Shown in pieces: positions 9,982 through 20,257 of a DNA stretch of 64,000 nt (positions within the stretch are counted from its first letter, which is position 1; every line of letters begins with the position of its first letter). The stretch comes from Candidatus Micrarchaeota archaeon (GTDB lineage Archaea; Micrarchaeota; Micrarchaeia; Anstonellales; Bilamarchaeaceae), in contig JBBSVN010000005.1 in NCBI GenBank assembly GCA_038046765.1, positions 82,490 to 146,489 on the forward strand, in the 5' to 3' direction. The notes beneath the pieces were generated by a model, which did no database searches, was not told the origin of the DNA, and saw nothing but the letters and a program-made list of their open reading frames with translations. Made by a program: the position numbers and the translations under genes.

Positions 9982-10608
9982 TCATTTCTTCCAAACCCAA
10001 AAGTGTCCTTTGTGATGCAAACGTTTTCCTAAGGTAGTTTCGCTATAATGTAGTAACTTTAAGTTCGCGTAGTTCGTTTCTATTTCTTCTTTATTTCGAT
10101 AATACATAATATTTCCAAACTTTCCAGTTGCACTAGATTTGCTCTGTGAATGTTCGTCCTTATCAGAATAGCAAACGAGTGCAAGAATTCCGTCCTTATC
10201 TAAAAGAGAAATTTCTTTTTTTGTGTAATGTAAAATATCATCTGGAGTAATATGGTGCATAATTGAATAATCAAAAATAAAATCAAACTTCTTTTCTTCA
10301 AACGAATATTCTAAGAAATCTCCAGTAATAAAATTTATTTTTACTTCCGCAACCTTCGCTTTCTCTTTTGCAATTTTAATTGCTTTTTCTGAAATATCTA
10401 TCGCAGTAACATCAAAACCAAGCTTTGCTAAATAAATAGAATAATTACCTGAACCGCATGCAATATCCAAAATTCGCGAACCGGTTACAAACTTATTTTT
10501 TAAAATAAAATCTAATTCTACGGGGTGTTTTTCTATTTCCCAAGGAATATCTTCAAGTTTTTTAGAATACATTTTTTGCCAATAATCTGCTTTATCTGCA
10601 TTAACCAT
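9982..10608 (-). CDS. Class I SAM-dependent methyltransferase
   Basis: LDIACGSG, AIDIS and FDFIFD motifs. Confidence 0.88.
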   Translation of the reverse strand: MVNADKADYWQKMYSKKLEDIPWEIEKHPVELDFILKNKFVTGSRILDIACGSGNYSIYLAKLGFDVTAIDISEKAIKIAKEKAKVAEVKINFITGDFLEYSFEEKKFDFIFDYSIMHHITPDDILHYTKKEISLLDKDGILALVCYSDKDEHSQSKSSATGKFGNIMYYRNKEEIETNYANLKLLHYSETTLGKRLHHKGHFWVWKK

Positions 10609-10661
10609 AAATAATAATTAAATACTAACGTTTATTAAGAAGTTCCGTTATATACTATATT

Positions 10662-10976
10662 ATGTCAAGAAGAAGTCTAAACAAGGAATTAGCAAGCGAA
10701 AAAGTGGAAATACATTTTTATCTGGTTAGTATAAAAGATGGACAAAAAATCTTAAAACCCCTTAAATTTACAACAAAAATTTCACTAGGTTTAGTTCGAG
10801 CGATATCAGCAGATACTGTAATTCCTACTTTTTATGATACACTATCAGATAATCTAAGAGAGCGTGGCGTAAAGGATGGTTCAACCGTTCAATTACGTGC
10901 AAAGTTTAGTCCAGGGCACGAAATGTTTGACCCATCTTTAAAAGGAACAAAAGTAATCTGCGAAGCTAAAGTTTAA
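10662..10976 (+). CDS. Hypothetical protein
   Basis: 104-aa ORF filling the gap between genes. Confidence 0.55.
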   Translation: MSRRSLNKELASEKVEIHFYLVSIKDGQKILKPLKFTTKISLGLVRAISADTVIPTFYDTLSDNLRERGVKDGSTVQLRAKFSPGHEMFDPSLKGTKVICEAKV

Positions 10977-10977
10977 T

Positions 10978-11631
10978 TTATTCTTTTTCTATAATTTGAA
11001 TTAATTGAGCTATTCCTAAATTTGTTGGAGCGTGCAGTCTTATTGTCTCTCTTAACATGCTGGTAATATCCGAAGTCGGAGATCCGAATTGACTAGGTTC
11101 ATCTATTGCTAACATTCCTAAAACATGTAAAACTGATCCTTCTAAATCTGCAATTATTCTTCCTTCAACTACTGCTTCAGTACATAAATAATTTAACATT
11201 CTTCTTACATACATTTCAGAAAGCACAGTCATCCCATTTGCGCTAATATGCGGTTGTTCGATCTGTAGTTTGGCAGAATAAATTCCATTTCCTGCATCTT
11301 CTGCATATTCGTGTGTATGCTCGTATTGGGCAAATGCCCGGACGTAGTTGTATACTAAGTGCCATTTTGCAAAAGAAAAAGGCACGGTTAGTGAAAGTTC
11401 TGCAGTTATTTCTGTTATGTCTTCTTGTGCAGATTTTCCTTCAATGTAGACATCTAGAATTATTTTGGCACTTCCAAAACCATTTAGTTTGTTACTATTA
11501 ATTAAAATTATGCCTTCACTTGTTTCTTCTTTTCTAAACCCTTTTTGTAATAATCCTTTCTCGAAAGTTGCGAGTGCTTCTTTTGGCAATCTCATTTTTT
11601 TCCTATCTGTCGTTGATTGATTTATAATCAT
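10978..11631 (-). CDS. Hypothetical protein
   Basis: 217-aa ORF with GGTGA SD. Confidence 0.65.
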   Translation of the reverse strand: MIINQSTTDRKKMRLPKEALATFEKGLLQKGFRKEETSEGIILINSNKLNGFGSAKIILDVYIEGKSAQEDITEITAELSLTVPFSFAKWHLVYNYVRAFAQYEHTHEYAEDAGNGIYSAKLQIEQPHISANGMTVLSEMYVRRMLNYLCTEAVVEGRIIADLEGSVLHVLGMLAIDEPSQFGSPTSDITSMLRETIRLHAPTNLGIAQLIQIIEKE

Positions 11632-11648
11632 AATAATTCACCTTCAAT

Positions 11649-12302
11649 TTAATCTTTATGTTCATGCTGGTATAAACTAACTAATCTTGAAATTAATATT
11701 GCAACATACAAAACTCCGGTTACTGATTCTAAAATCGCTGCTGCCCGTCCGATCGAATTAGTTGATACAATATCGCCATATCCAGTAGTTGTAAGGGTTG
11801 TATAACTAAAATAAATTAAATCTGAACGCGCGGTTAAGCTTTCTTTATACGAAAATATAAATGTTCCAGGTATAAATTGTTCAATTGTCAGATAGACCGT
11901 TGACCAGGCTACACCAATAAGTATGTAAACGCAAATTGCAGCGTAAATTACATTGTTATCTACTTTATCTGCGTGAGTTATGTATTTTAGAAGTCTAGTT
12001 ATTGTGAATGCATAAAATAACATTGAAAATATATAATTTAAAAGATGAAACAGTTGATCGCGTTGAAATATTATTACTGCAATCACACTAAGAAAAGCTG
12101 GGACACCTAGTGCAATTGAAATGATTAAATCTCGTTTTGATGTACTAACTGCATATACTCCGCTTATTAAAATGAATGCGAAAACTGCCTGAATTATTAC
12201 TTCTTGTATTCCTCCTCCTTCAAGGAAAGGGTAAAGTATCATGGAGGCGATTAGCGAAATTAATAGAAATAACATTTTATCTTCTAAATGTAGAAATGAC
12301 AT
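11649..12302 (-). CDS. Potassium-channel family protein (Ion_trans_2)
   Basis: YFSYTTLTTTGYGD selectivity filter, multiple TM helices. Confidence 0.88.
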   Translation of the reverse strand: MSFLHLEDKMLFLLISLIASMILYPFLEGGGIQEVIIQAVFAFILISGVYAVSTSKRDLIISIALGVPAFLSVIAVIIFQRDQLFHLLNYIFSMLFYAFTITRLLKYITHADKVDNNVIYAAICVYILIGVAWSTVYLTIEQFIPGTFIFSYKESLTARSDLIYFSYTTLTTTGYGDIVSTNSIGRAAAILESVTGVLYVAILISRLVSLYQHEHKD

Positions 12303-12410
12303 AAACTAATTACAATTTCTAAATTTTAAAAATGTTTCTACAGTTTGAAACACTTTTCTAAACATTTAAAAATCGTATTAGGCATTAAATATTCCTGTTA
12401 TGGTGAACAA

Positions 12411-13157
12411 ATGAAAGTTAAAGAACTAGTCAAAAGATGTTTTCTTACTTGCGATCAAAAATCTTATGCTCAATTTATGCGAAGATTAAAACTCTTAGAA
12501 AAAGAACCCGCACTAACCGCAACAGATGGAGCAATAAAATTTTCTGGTTGGTTAAATTCGCTAATCGGTAAACGCTTAGGCGTTCTAATTGCAAGTAAGC
12601 TTACTGATCGAAGTGATAAAATTGCCCGTCAAATTTCGCCATACATTCCTAGTTGGAGTAATGTTTTAGATTTTGGTTGCGGAGACGGAATTGTAGGCCA
12701 AAAAATCAGCGGATTTGCGCGCGTAAGTTTAGCTGATGTAGTAAACTATAATCGAACTAATTTACCATTTTCTTTATTTGATGGAAAATCCTTGTCACTT
12801 AAAGATGAGTCGTTTGATCGCGTGTTGCTTTTAACTGTTTTACATCATGCAAAAGATCCATTAGCTACCCTTAGGGAAGCGACAAGAGTGTGTAAAATTG
12901 GCGGGAAATTAATTGTGATCGAATCCATTTATTTTAACCAACCTCATAAAATATTCAATCGATTTGCAGATTGGCTTTATAATAATGTTTTTAATGACCC
13001 AAGAATCCCCGTTCCCTGGAATTTTATGACTGCAGGAGGATGGGAAATATTATTTAAAGAATTTGGGTTAAAAACTGTAGAAATGGTTCACTTGGGAATA
13101 GATCAACCTATTGTTCCTGAATGGCATGTTTTATTTGTACTGGAGAAGACGAGCTAA
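12411..13157 (+). CDS. Class I SAM-dependent methyltransferase
   Basis: LDFGCGDG, FDRV and VLHH motifs. ATG 12411 follows a GGTGA SD. Confidence 0.85.
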   Translation: MKVKELVKRCFLTCDQKSYAQFMRRLKLLEKEPALTATDGAIKFSGWLNSLIGKRLGVLIASKLTDRSDKIARQISPYIPSWSNVLDFGCGDGIVGQKISGFARVSLADVVNYNRTNLPFSLFDGKSLSLKDESFDRVLLLTVLHHAKDPLATLREATRVCKIGGKLIVIESIYFNQPHKIFNRFADWLYNNVFNDPRIPVPWNFMTAGGWEILFKEFGLKTVEMVHLGIDQPIVPEWHVLFVLEKTS

Positions 13158-13222
13158 GTTTGCCGGTACATTTTTACCATAAAAAATAACTTTATTAATC
13201 ATTTCCTATATAAAATAATGTT

Positions 13223-14170
13223 ATGAAACTGTCAGTTGCAGATGGGCGTCACACTATTGCGAGGTGGCGGCCTAATGGTTCTTCTATATCTGGTTTTATT
13301 TTACCAATAGAAAATGCAGCAATATGCTCTAGAGGGTATTTGCCATTGCCTTTATTTGAGCGTAGTAGCGCAATAATGGCGGGTTGCTCCTCAAAATCTG
13401 GTCTAATGCCCGTTACTCTATCTGAAAATGCTCAAAATAGAAGGGTAATATTCGAAGCTAAAGAAAGCTCGGATTTTTTTATTGAACTGACTAAGGGTGG
13501 TATAAAAATATTTAGTACTACTGGCATAGTTCCTCCAACTTCTGAAGTTTATTATATGCTTGACATGCGATTTCTTTCATCTAAAAGAATAAAACAAATT
13601 TCTGATTGCGCTACTAAAGACGCTTCGCACTACCGTGCATTTTACATTAGTGCAAATAAAGTTGGTAGTACAATCTCAAAGCTCGTTAATTTTGGAATTC
13701 TTAGCCCATTTGAAAATCCATCTTCAATAGCCAATAGGGGAAAAAATTTATTTGCTGTTTTAACTACTGAAAAATCTTTTGATACTTATCTAAAACTTAT
13801 ACTTGCTGGTGGATCTAATATTGTTATTCATCATCCAAGACAAATCGTATATAAAGATAGATTTTCTATTGAACATGTAAAAGATGAATTGCATTACGAT
13901 CATCCAATTATGCTAAAAAGCTCATTTGAAGTAAATGGGCATACTGTATTTGTTTTATCCTCATATGTTAGTTTCGGTTCAAATGTTTATCCTTATGAAG
14001 CTTCAGTATTCTTAGACGCAAATGGAACTAAAAAAGTCCTTCCTGCATTTTGTGAAAGATTAGCTACAAGAGAACAAGCAGAAGCCAAGCACTGGGAATT
14101 TTATGATAACATAATATCTGGGAAATTTAGGTTTTTAGCTGCAATAAGAAGGGCTATTTCTGAGATTTAA
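13223..14170 (+). CDS. Hypothetical protein
   Basis: 315-aa ORF, no recognised motif. Confidence 0.6.
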   Translation: MKLSVADGRHTIARWRPNGSSISGFILPIENAAICSRGYLPLPLFERSSAIMAGCSSKSGLMPVTLSENAQNRRVIFEAKESSDFFIELTKGGIKIFSTTGIVPPTSEVYYMLDMRFLSSKRIKQISDCATKDASHYRAFYISANKVGSTISKLVNFGILSPFENPSSIANRGKNLFAVLTTEKSFDTYLKLILAGGSNIVIHHPRQIVYKDRFSIEHVKDELHYDHPIMLKSSFEVNGHTVFVLSSYVSFGSNVYPYEASVFLDANGTKKVLPAFCERLATREQAEAKHWEFYDNIISGKFRFLAAIRRAISEI

Positions 14171-14176
14171 CTGAAA

Positions 14177-15016
14177 TTATTTTAAATAAATAACGCTTAT
14201 TTCTGGGTTTGTTAGGAATCTTACCTTTCCGGTCGTTACTCCGCATGTTACGTATATTTCTCCATCCCCATATTTGGCTCTACCGCCACTAATCTTTCCA
14301 AAACCGCTTTGCTCAAGTAAAAAATCAGTTAGAAATGGAATCTGAATCTGCCCGCAGTGCGTGTGCCCCGCTAGAACTAGTGTTTTGCTATCTGTATCAT
14401 TCGTGGAGAAAGAAACCTGGTTGTGCGTAAATACTATCTTTACTGTGCTAGCGTCTAAATTTCGTAAAGCATTGGAATAATTATTTTTACATAACCATGC
14501 ATCATCAATTCCAAATACTGCAAATCGTTTATTATTACTTTCAATTATTTCAAGTTCGTTTCTTAAAACAGAAATCCCTAAATCGTTAAGCCTTTTTTCA
14601 GTTTGTTTATCTATTTTTGGAATAGGATTATTGCAACCCCAAATTCCATAATCGTGATTTCCTAAGGCAGCGAATTTACCCAAAGGTGCGTTAAGTTTTT
14701 TTAAAGGTTCAAGCTCCTGTAGTTCGCTTTCAAAATAATCGATGCTGTCCCCTGCGATTAGGATTAAATCTGGTTCGAGTTCATTTATCTTATTTACTAC
14801 CTCTGTCAAATATCCCTTCTCTTGGCTTGCAATATGAATGTCGCTTATTAGAACGACCTTTATTGGTTCTCCCGTCTGATTAAACAAGTTAAAAGTATTC
14901 TCGGTTATCTTTAGGTTATATGGTTCAATAAAAACAGAATCAACAAAAACTATTAAACATATTATAGAAAGAATAATCAGAAGAACTACAAACATATTTT
15001 TTTGTTTATAAAACAT
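14177..15016 (-). CDS. Membrane-anchored metallophosphoesterase
   Basis: SDIH, AGD, GNHD and GHTH motifs. Confidence 0.9.
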   Translation of the reverse strand: MFYKQKNMFVVLLIILSIICLIVFVDSVFIEPYNLKITENTFNLFNQTGEPIKVVLISDIHIASQEKGYLTEVVNKINELEPDLILIAGDSIDYFESELQELEPLKKLNAPLGKFAALGNHDYGIWGCNNPIPKIDKQTEKRLNDLGISVLRNELEIIESNNKRFAVFGIDDAWLCKNNYSNALRNLDASTVKIVFTHNQVSFSTNDTDSKTLVLAGHTHCGQIQIPFLTDFLLEQSGFGKISGGRAKYGDGEIYVTCGVTTGKVRFLTNPEISVIYLK

Positions 15017-15219
15017 GTTTTTGCCTTTTTCTTAATTGATCGTAAAAATAAAAACCTAACAAAAATAAATAAAAATAATAAAAAATCCAGAGAAGAGCAG
15101 AAAGCCTTCTCTAGCTTTTCAAAAACTTCGTTTTATGAAAATAAAATAAAAAAATTAAAATTATCTCGCACTTCTCGCCATCTTCATAAATTAACAAATT
15201 TTGAAGATAAGAGAAGCCC

Positions 15220-15825
15220 TTACCTGGCGCTTCTCGCCATACGTTCAGTTTCGTCTCTCTTTTTCATGGCATAGCTTGTTTGGATATCTCCTTTAGCGGT
15301 GTTAATTATTTCATTAGCTAAACTTTGTTGAAGTTTTTTGCCTTTATTAAAACTTCCCAAAATAGCTGCCAAAGTAATATTTCTTAAAGCCATGTCTAAC
15401 CTTCTTGTAGCAGATACATCAACTGCGATCTGGTAGCTAACTCCACCATATGATACTCTTGTTGTATCCTCTCTTGGAGCTGAGTTTTCTAAAGCACGAA
15501 TTAAAACCTGTACTGGATTTTCTTTTGTCTGCTTTGCAACTTCATCAAGTGCATGTTCTACAATTCCAAGTGCTTTAAGTTTTTTACCCTGCATCTTACC
15601 ATGAGTTCGGATTACTTTTCCTGATGTTTTTTCACCAGTTCCTCCTCTCATTAATTTGTTAGCAAGCCTTTCAACAATGTTGACATTTTGCTTTCCAAAT
15701 GGTTTAGCTGCATTTCTTCCAAAGCTATGTGGTATGTAAATAGGTTTAAGACTGACTACTTGGGCAAGACTTTTGTCCTTTATTTCAATCTTTTCTACTT
15801 CATACTTTCCAAATAATTTTTCCAT
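15220..15825 (-). CDS. rps7: 30S ribosomal protein uS7
   Basis: NIVERLAN, ENSAPREDTTR and KKRDETERMARSAR. Confidence 0.96.
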   Translation of the reverse strand: MEKLFGKYEVEKIEIKDKSLAQVVSLKPIYIPHSFGRNAAKPFGKQNVNIVERLANKLMRGGTGEKTSGKVIRTHGKMQGKKLKALGIVEHALDEVAKQTKENPVQVLIRALENSAPREDTTRVSYGGVSYQIAVDVSATRRLDMALRNITLAAILGSFNKGKKLQQSLANEIINTAKGDIQTSYAMKKRDETERMARSAR

Positions 15826-15845
15826 AAACGTCCCTCTAGTTAAAT

Positions 15846-16274
15846 TTACCTCTTAGGCTTCTCTTTCTTTCCTCTTCGAAGCATCTGTAAGTCTGCGCCA
15901 TTTACTGAAACTACCTTGTATCTAACCCCAGGAATAGAACCCATTTGTCCACGTTGTGAACCTCCTAATCCTGCGATTATTACTTCGTCGTGTTCATCGA
16001 TTTGATTGATCGATTTTTCTCTTATTGCAAATGCACTGACTATTTTACCGTTCTTAATAAGTTGTACCTTTACACACTTGATTAAACCAGAGTGAGGCTG
16101 CTTTTGTTCTAAGACGATCTTTTCTAGTACGATTGCTTTTGCTTGTGGTGCTCCTTCTAATGGGTCGAACTTATCCTTTAACTTAAGGGTTCTTCTCTTC
16201 CATTTTTTACTTAACCATCTGTGTTTTTGTCTTTTTCGTAAAAGATTTCGTCCTGCATACTCTCCGTTAGCCAA
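15846..16274 (-). CDS. rps12: 30S ribosomal protein uS12 (TTG start)
   Basis: [16 protein letters not shown] and IPGVRYKV motifs. Confidence 0.96.
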   Translation of the reverse strand: MANGEYAGRNLLRKRQKHRWLSKKWKRRTLKLKDKFDPLEGAPQAKAIVLEKIVLEQKQPHSGLIKCVKVQLIKNGKIVSAFAIREKSINQIDEHDEVIIAGLGGSQRGQMGSIPGVRYKVVSVNGADLQMLRRGKKEKPKR

Positions 16275-16526
16275 TTTATCACCTAAAATTATAAAATTAC
16301 TTATCGAATTACTTATTTATTTTAATAATACGTTAAGTAGTACTTAAATACAGTAAACTTTTGTTTTACAGTAAACATATATTTCTCTATTTAGTATTTA
16401 AATAAGTTTCGGTTTTATCCGTTTCTTACACTCTTTATAAACTTAACTACTTTACTTGTTTACTATTATCTACTGTATGCCCATCTATTTTTAATCCAAG
16501 CCTAAGGCAGACTTTAGCAATAATTC

Positions 16527-17159
16527 TCATTTAAGTTGCGGTGCGGCTATCAAAATAAGAACTAAAAACATCAGACCTATGCTAAAACTTCCCATTACTG
16601 ATACAATTTTTAGTGCAAGAAAGAAATTTCCTAAACTCGCTTTCATCTCTATTATCTTGTCCTCTTCGCTACTTAATGTAGATTTGATCGTATTAATATC
16701 CTCTGCGATTGTTTTTACTGATTGTTTATTGTTTTCAACCGAACTCTCAAGTTTTTTTATACTATTTGATGTTTCAGACATTTGCGACCCCGCCGCCTTT
16801 AAATCGCTTGCCGCATTTGCAAATGATCCCAAGGGTAAACTGGAAAGTGTATCTGCTAAACCCGTAAATGCACTTCCCATACTTTTTGTTGCATTTCTCA
16901 TCAGAGAAAGTGTTCCTTGTGCCGAATCAAAAGATTTGGTTGCATTGTTTAGACTATCACTCGTATTAGTTAATAAATTCTGCATATCTTGTGTTAAATC
17001 AATTGCCGTATCTAATTGTTTTTGGGTTAAATTCTCTACTTCGGATATTGCAAAAAGCATAATCAGAAGAGAAACTACTGCCAGTAGCATTCCAATTGCG
17101 CTTATTCCTATTGCAGAATAATAAAAAATTTTCTTATATTTTGAAAGTATCTCTAACAT
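16527..17159 (-). CDS. Two-TM coiled-coil protein
   Basis: Terminal hydrophobic helices flanking a heptad-rich region. Confidence 0.65.
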   Translation of the reverse strand: MLEILSKYKKIFYYSAIGISAIGMLLAVVSLLIMLFAISEVENLTQKQLDTAIDLTQDMQNLLTNTSDSLNNATKSFDSAQGTLSLMRNATKSMGSAFTGLADTLSSLPLGSFANAASDLKAAGSQMSETSNSIKKLESSVENNKQSVKTIAEDINTIKSTLSSEEDKIIEMKASLGNFFLALKIVSVMGSFSIGLMFLVLILIAAPQLK

Positions 17160-17401
17160 AATCCATCCTTGTTACAGTAAATCGCAAAATAAATAAAAAT
17201 CAATCGCTTTCGAAATTCGCTTTTAAGAAAATCAAAAACAAACAAACAAAAATCTGAGGAAGAAAATTAGAAACTTTAACGTTTTATCGTCCCGAGGCGC
17301 CCGGGTTATAAACGAGGTTATGGTTTACGATGTTACTATCAAACTGCTTAGTATTAAAATATTTGCTCGTTGTTATCTATATTATCTTTCTAGTTGATTT
17401 T

Positions 17402-18226
17402 ATGGATTATACCTATTATGTTGTTCTAGTGGCAATAGCCGCAATTTTGTATTCGCTGCTTTTGCGTTTTATCAATGATAAATTTGGTAACAAACAAGAA
17501 ATGCAAAAATTCCAAGAAGAATCTAAGCGGTTAAGTGATGAATATTCTAAGGCTTCCAAGGCAAATGACAAAATAAAAATGGATCAGGTAATGAAAGAGC
17601 AGATGGAAACTTTGCCTAAAATGAATGGTATGATGCTTAATCAGTTTAAGCTCATGATTCCGATTCTTATTGTATTTTTTGTTTTTACGTGGAGCATAAA
17701 TAATTTTGATCCAACTTTGAAAAATCATTTTACAGTTTCATTAAATGATCTTGCAAAAGATTGTGATAAGATTGCAAACGATGGTGTCTTTACTGGTTGT
17801 ACTTACCTAAATAGTTCCAATATCGACACTACCTGGGCCGTAATTGCAAAAGGATACGATTCATCTGGAGGTGAAATATCCGAAAATTTTACTTTATTTT
17901 CTTATGGGCAGGCACCATTTGATCAAAACGCTTACTATAAACAACAAAAAGGTACTCTTTCAATTTCTGTTGATAAGAAAATCTATTCTCCTAAAGACAA
18001 GATAACTATTCAGGCAAGTGGTAATGGTCTATATAAAGCAGACGCTATTTTGAATAATGGGGAAAGTTTTTATGTCGATTTGCCATTTACGATTCCATTT
18101 TTAAATGTTAAAAGAATTCACGAACCCTACTGGTGGTTCCTCTTTTTAACTGTTATAATCGGGCTGTTGCTTTCAATTGTTCAGGGTTTAATGACTAAAA
18201 AACCAGTAGTTAAGCAGTTAAGTTAA
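17402..18226 (+). CDS. DUF106/EMC3/TMCO1 (Oxa1 superfamily) membrane protein
   Basis: TM, coiled coil, Met-rich QFKLM segment, terminal YWWF. Sits in the usual position before rpl34e-cmk-rpl14e-cbf5. Confidence 0.8.
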   Translation: MDYTYYVVLVAIAAILYSLLLRFINDKFGNKQEMQKFQEESKRLSDEYSKASKANDKIKMDQVMKEQMETLPKMNGMMLNQFKLMIPILIVFFVFTWSINNFDPTLKNHFTVSLNDLAKDCDKIANDGVFTGCTYLNSSNIDTTWAVIAKGYDSSGGEISENFTLFSYGQAPFDQNAYYKQQKGTLSISVDKKIYSPKDKITIQASGNGLYKADAILNNGESFYVDLPFTIPFLNVKRIHEPYWWFLFLTVIIGLLLSIVQGLMTKKPVVKQLS

Positions 18227-18346
18227 ACTTAAAAACTGTTCAATTAACATTATTAATAACAATCCTAGTAATAATTATAATGTTTATAACTAAAATAATG
18301 ATTTAATGATTATAACTAAAAGTTATATCTAAAAGGTGTATTATAT

Positions 18347-18586
18347 ATGAAAAACGGTAAATGTGCTATTTGTCAAGCAATGATAAAAGGATTAGAATCA
18401 TCAGGAGCAAAATCAAAGAAAACTATTTCGCGTACATTCGGTGCAAATTTATGTACTGGTTGTAGCAGGTTTGCACATGTTGAAGCGACAAGGGTAAAAA
18501 ATAAATCGAAAAACATGGAATCGGTTGATTTCTCTTATAGAAAATACGTACAAAACATTATAGATTCTAAAAAATTCGCGCAATAG
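18347..18586 (+). CDS. rpl34e: 50S ribosomal protein eL34 (short form)
   Basis: KCAIC...SKKTISRTFGANLCTGC zinc motif; synteny. Confidence 0.82.
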   Translation: MKNGKCAICQAMIKGLESSGAKSKKTISRTFGANLCTGCSRFAHVEATRVKNKSKNMESVDFSYRKYVQNIIDSKKFAQ

Positions 18587-18596
18587 GTGCTAGGTT

Positions 18597-19121
18597 TTGA
18601 TAATTGCCATAGCTGGGTTAACTGGTAGCGGTAAAAATACGGTAGGTGAATTCCTTGCCAAAGAGCTTGGAGTTCGCATGGTCTGCCCCACTATGAAGGA
18701 TCTGGCTAAAAAAGAAGGCGTATCGCTTATTGAATTTCAAAAAATGGCCCAGAAGGATCCGAATATTGATTTGAAATTTGACCTTCTTCTTAAAGAAGAG
18801 TGTGCAAAAGGCGATGCGGTAGTTACAACCTGGCTTGGTGCATGGATAACTAAACCAGATGTTGCGATCTTTCTTAATGCGTCAGATAATACCCGAGCCG
18901 CACGTATCGTGGGAAGAGATAAAATGTCGCTTGCAATCGCGCTTAAGCATGTTCAGGAACGCGATTCACAAAATATAAAGAGATATAAAAAGTTGTATTC
19001 CATTGATATTACAGATACATCTATTTTTGATGTTGTAATCAATAGCGATAAATTCACACAGGCGCAGGTAAATGAACTTGCTCTTGCATGTGTAAAAATA
19101 AAGCTTAATAAAAAATCTTAA
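18597..19121 (+). CDS. cmk: Cytidylate kinase (archaeal)
   Basis: GLTGSGKNT P-loop and RYKKLYSID. Confidence 0.9.
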   Translation: MIIAIAGLTGSGKNTVGEFLAKELGVRMVCPTMKDLAKKEGVSLIEFQKMAQKDPNIDLKFDLLLKEECAKGDAVVTTWLGAWITKPDVAIFLNASDNTRAARIVGRDKMSLAIALKHVQERDSQNIKRYKKLYSIDITDTSIFDVVINSDKFTQAQVNELALACVKIKLNKKS

Positions 19122-19204
19122 TAAATAATCGAAAAATAAATCTTAATAAAAAATTTTAATTAAAAATTAGTATTTGAAAATTTCAAATTAAAGGTGAAAT
19201 TATT

Positions 19205-19375
19205 ATGGCAGCAATAAATGTAGGAAGCGTTTGCGTAATCATCGCAGGAAGAAGATCTGGAGAACAAGTAACTATTAGCAGTATTGCTGATTCAAATTGC
19301 GTTCTAACTAAGGACAAAAAAGGAAAAGAAAGAAAATATTCGGTATTACACCTTGAACCCGTTTCAAGAAACTAG
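19205..19375 (+). CDS. rpl14e: 50S ribosomal protein eL14 (56 aa, not in ORF track)
   Basis: MAAINVGSVCVIIAGRRSG...HLEP; GGTGA SD; synteny. Confidence 0.9.
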   Translation: MAAINVGSVCVIIAGRRSGEQVTISSIADSNCVLTKDKKGKERKYSVLHLEPVSRN

Positions 19376-19378
19376 ATC

Positions 19379-20257
19379 TTGGATATGGCAATTAAGGATT
19401 TGCTAAATAATTCTGTTGTTATTCTAAACAAACCCCCTAAACTTAGCTCGCATGAAGTTAGTGTAATTACTAAACAAATTCTTGGGGTTTCTAAAAGCGG
19501 GCATGCTGGAACTTTGGATCCGCAAGTTAGCGGGGTCTTAATTGTAGCTTTAGGCAGGGCTACAAAACTTTTACAGTTTATAACTAAAGCTGATAAAACT
19601 TATGTTTGCATTATTAAATTCAAGAATATTCTTGCTAAAACGGAAATTCTATCTCTTTTTGAAAAGTTTACTGGAACTATTACCCAGACTCCTCCTAAGG
19701 AATCTGCAGTAAGAAAAGTTGCTCGCAAGCGTCACGTATTTTATATTAAATTTTTAGAACAAAGCAAAGAAAATCCAAGGCTGGTTCTTTTTGAAACAAA
19801 AGTTGAAGCTGGTACATACATTCGAACACTCTGTGATGACATTGGAAAAATTTGCGGTGGTGCAAGGATGGAAGAATTACGCAGAGTAAAATCTGGTTCT
19901 GTTGGTGAGACTAAGGCTATAACTTTGCAACAACTCAAACATATTTATCAAATGTATTTGCAGACTCAGGAAGACAAACAACTTTTAAAAGTTATAAAAC
20001 CACCAGAATTTTACATTGATTTTCCAAAAGTTATGATTAAAAATTCCGCTTTAAAAAGTATTTCAAATGGAGCGCAAATAATGTTTCCCGCAATTAAAGA
20101 CGCGCAAATGGGAGTTAAGAAAAATAATCTTGTTTATTTATGCGATGAGCAAAGCAAGTTTTTTGGTGTTGGTACTTCTCTTTTTGACTATGCCGAACTA
20201 CCAAAAAAACAAGGTATAAAAGGACTTGCAGTAAATTTAGAGAGGGTTCATATATGA
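19379..20257 (+). CDS. cbf5: Pseudouridine synthase Cbf5/TruB
   Basis: SSHEV, GHAGTLDP, GTYIR and PUA domain. Confidence 0.93.
   Translation: MDMAIKDLLNNSVVILNKPPKLSSHEVSVITKQILGVSKSGHAGTLDPQVSGVLIVALGRATKLLQFITKADKTYVCIIKFKNILAKTEILSLFEKFTGTITQTPPKESAVRKVARKRHVFYIKFLEQSKENPRLVLFETKVEAGTYIRTLCDDIGKICGGARMEELRRVKSGSVGETKAITLQQLKHIYQMYLQTQEDKQLLKVIKPPEFYIDFPKVMIKNSALKSISNGAQIMFPAIKDAQMGVKKNNLVYLCDEQSKFFGVGTSLFDYAELPKKQGIKGLAVNLERVHI

Noticed and set aside
19379..20257. Possible BHB intron in cbf5, as in Crenarchaeota
   Set aside because: The ORF is continuous through the SHE and catalytic motifs, with no insertion.
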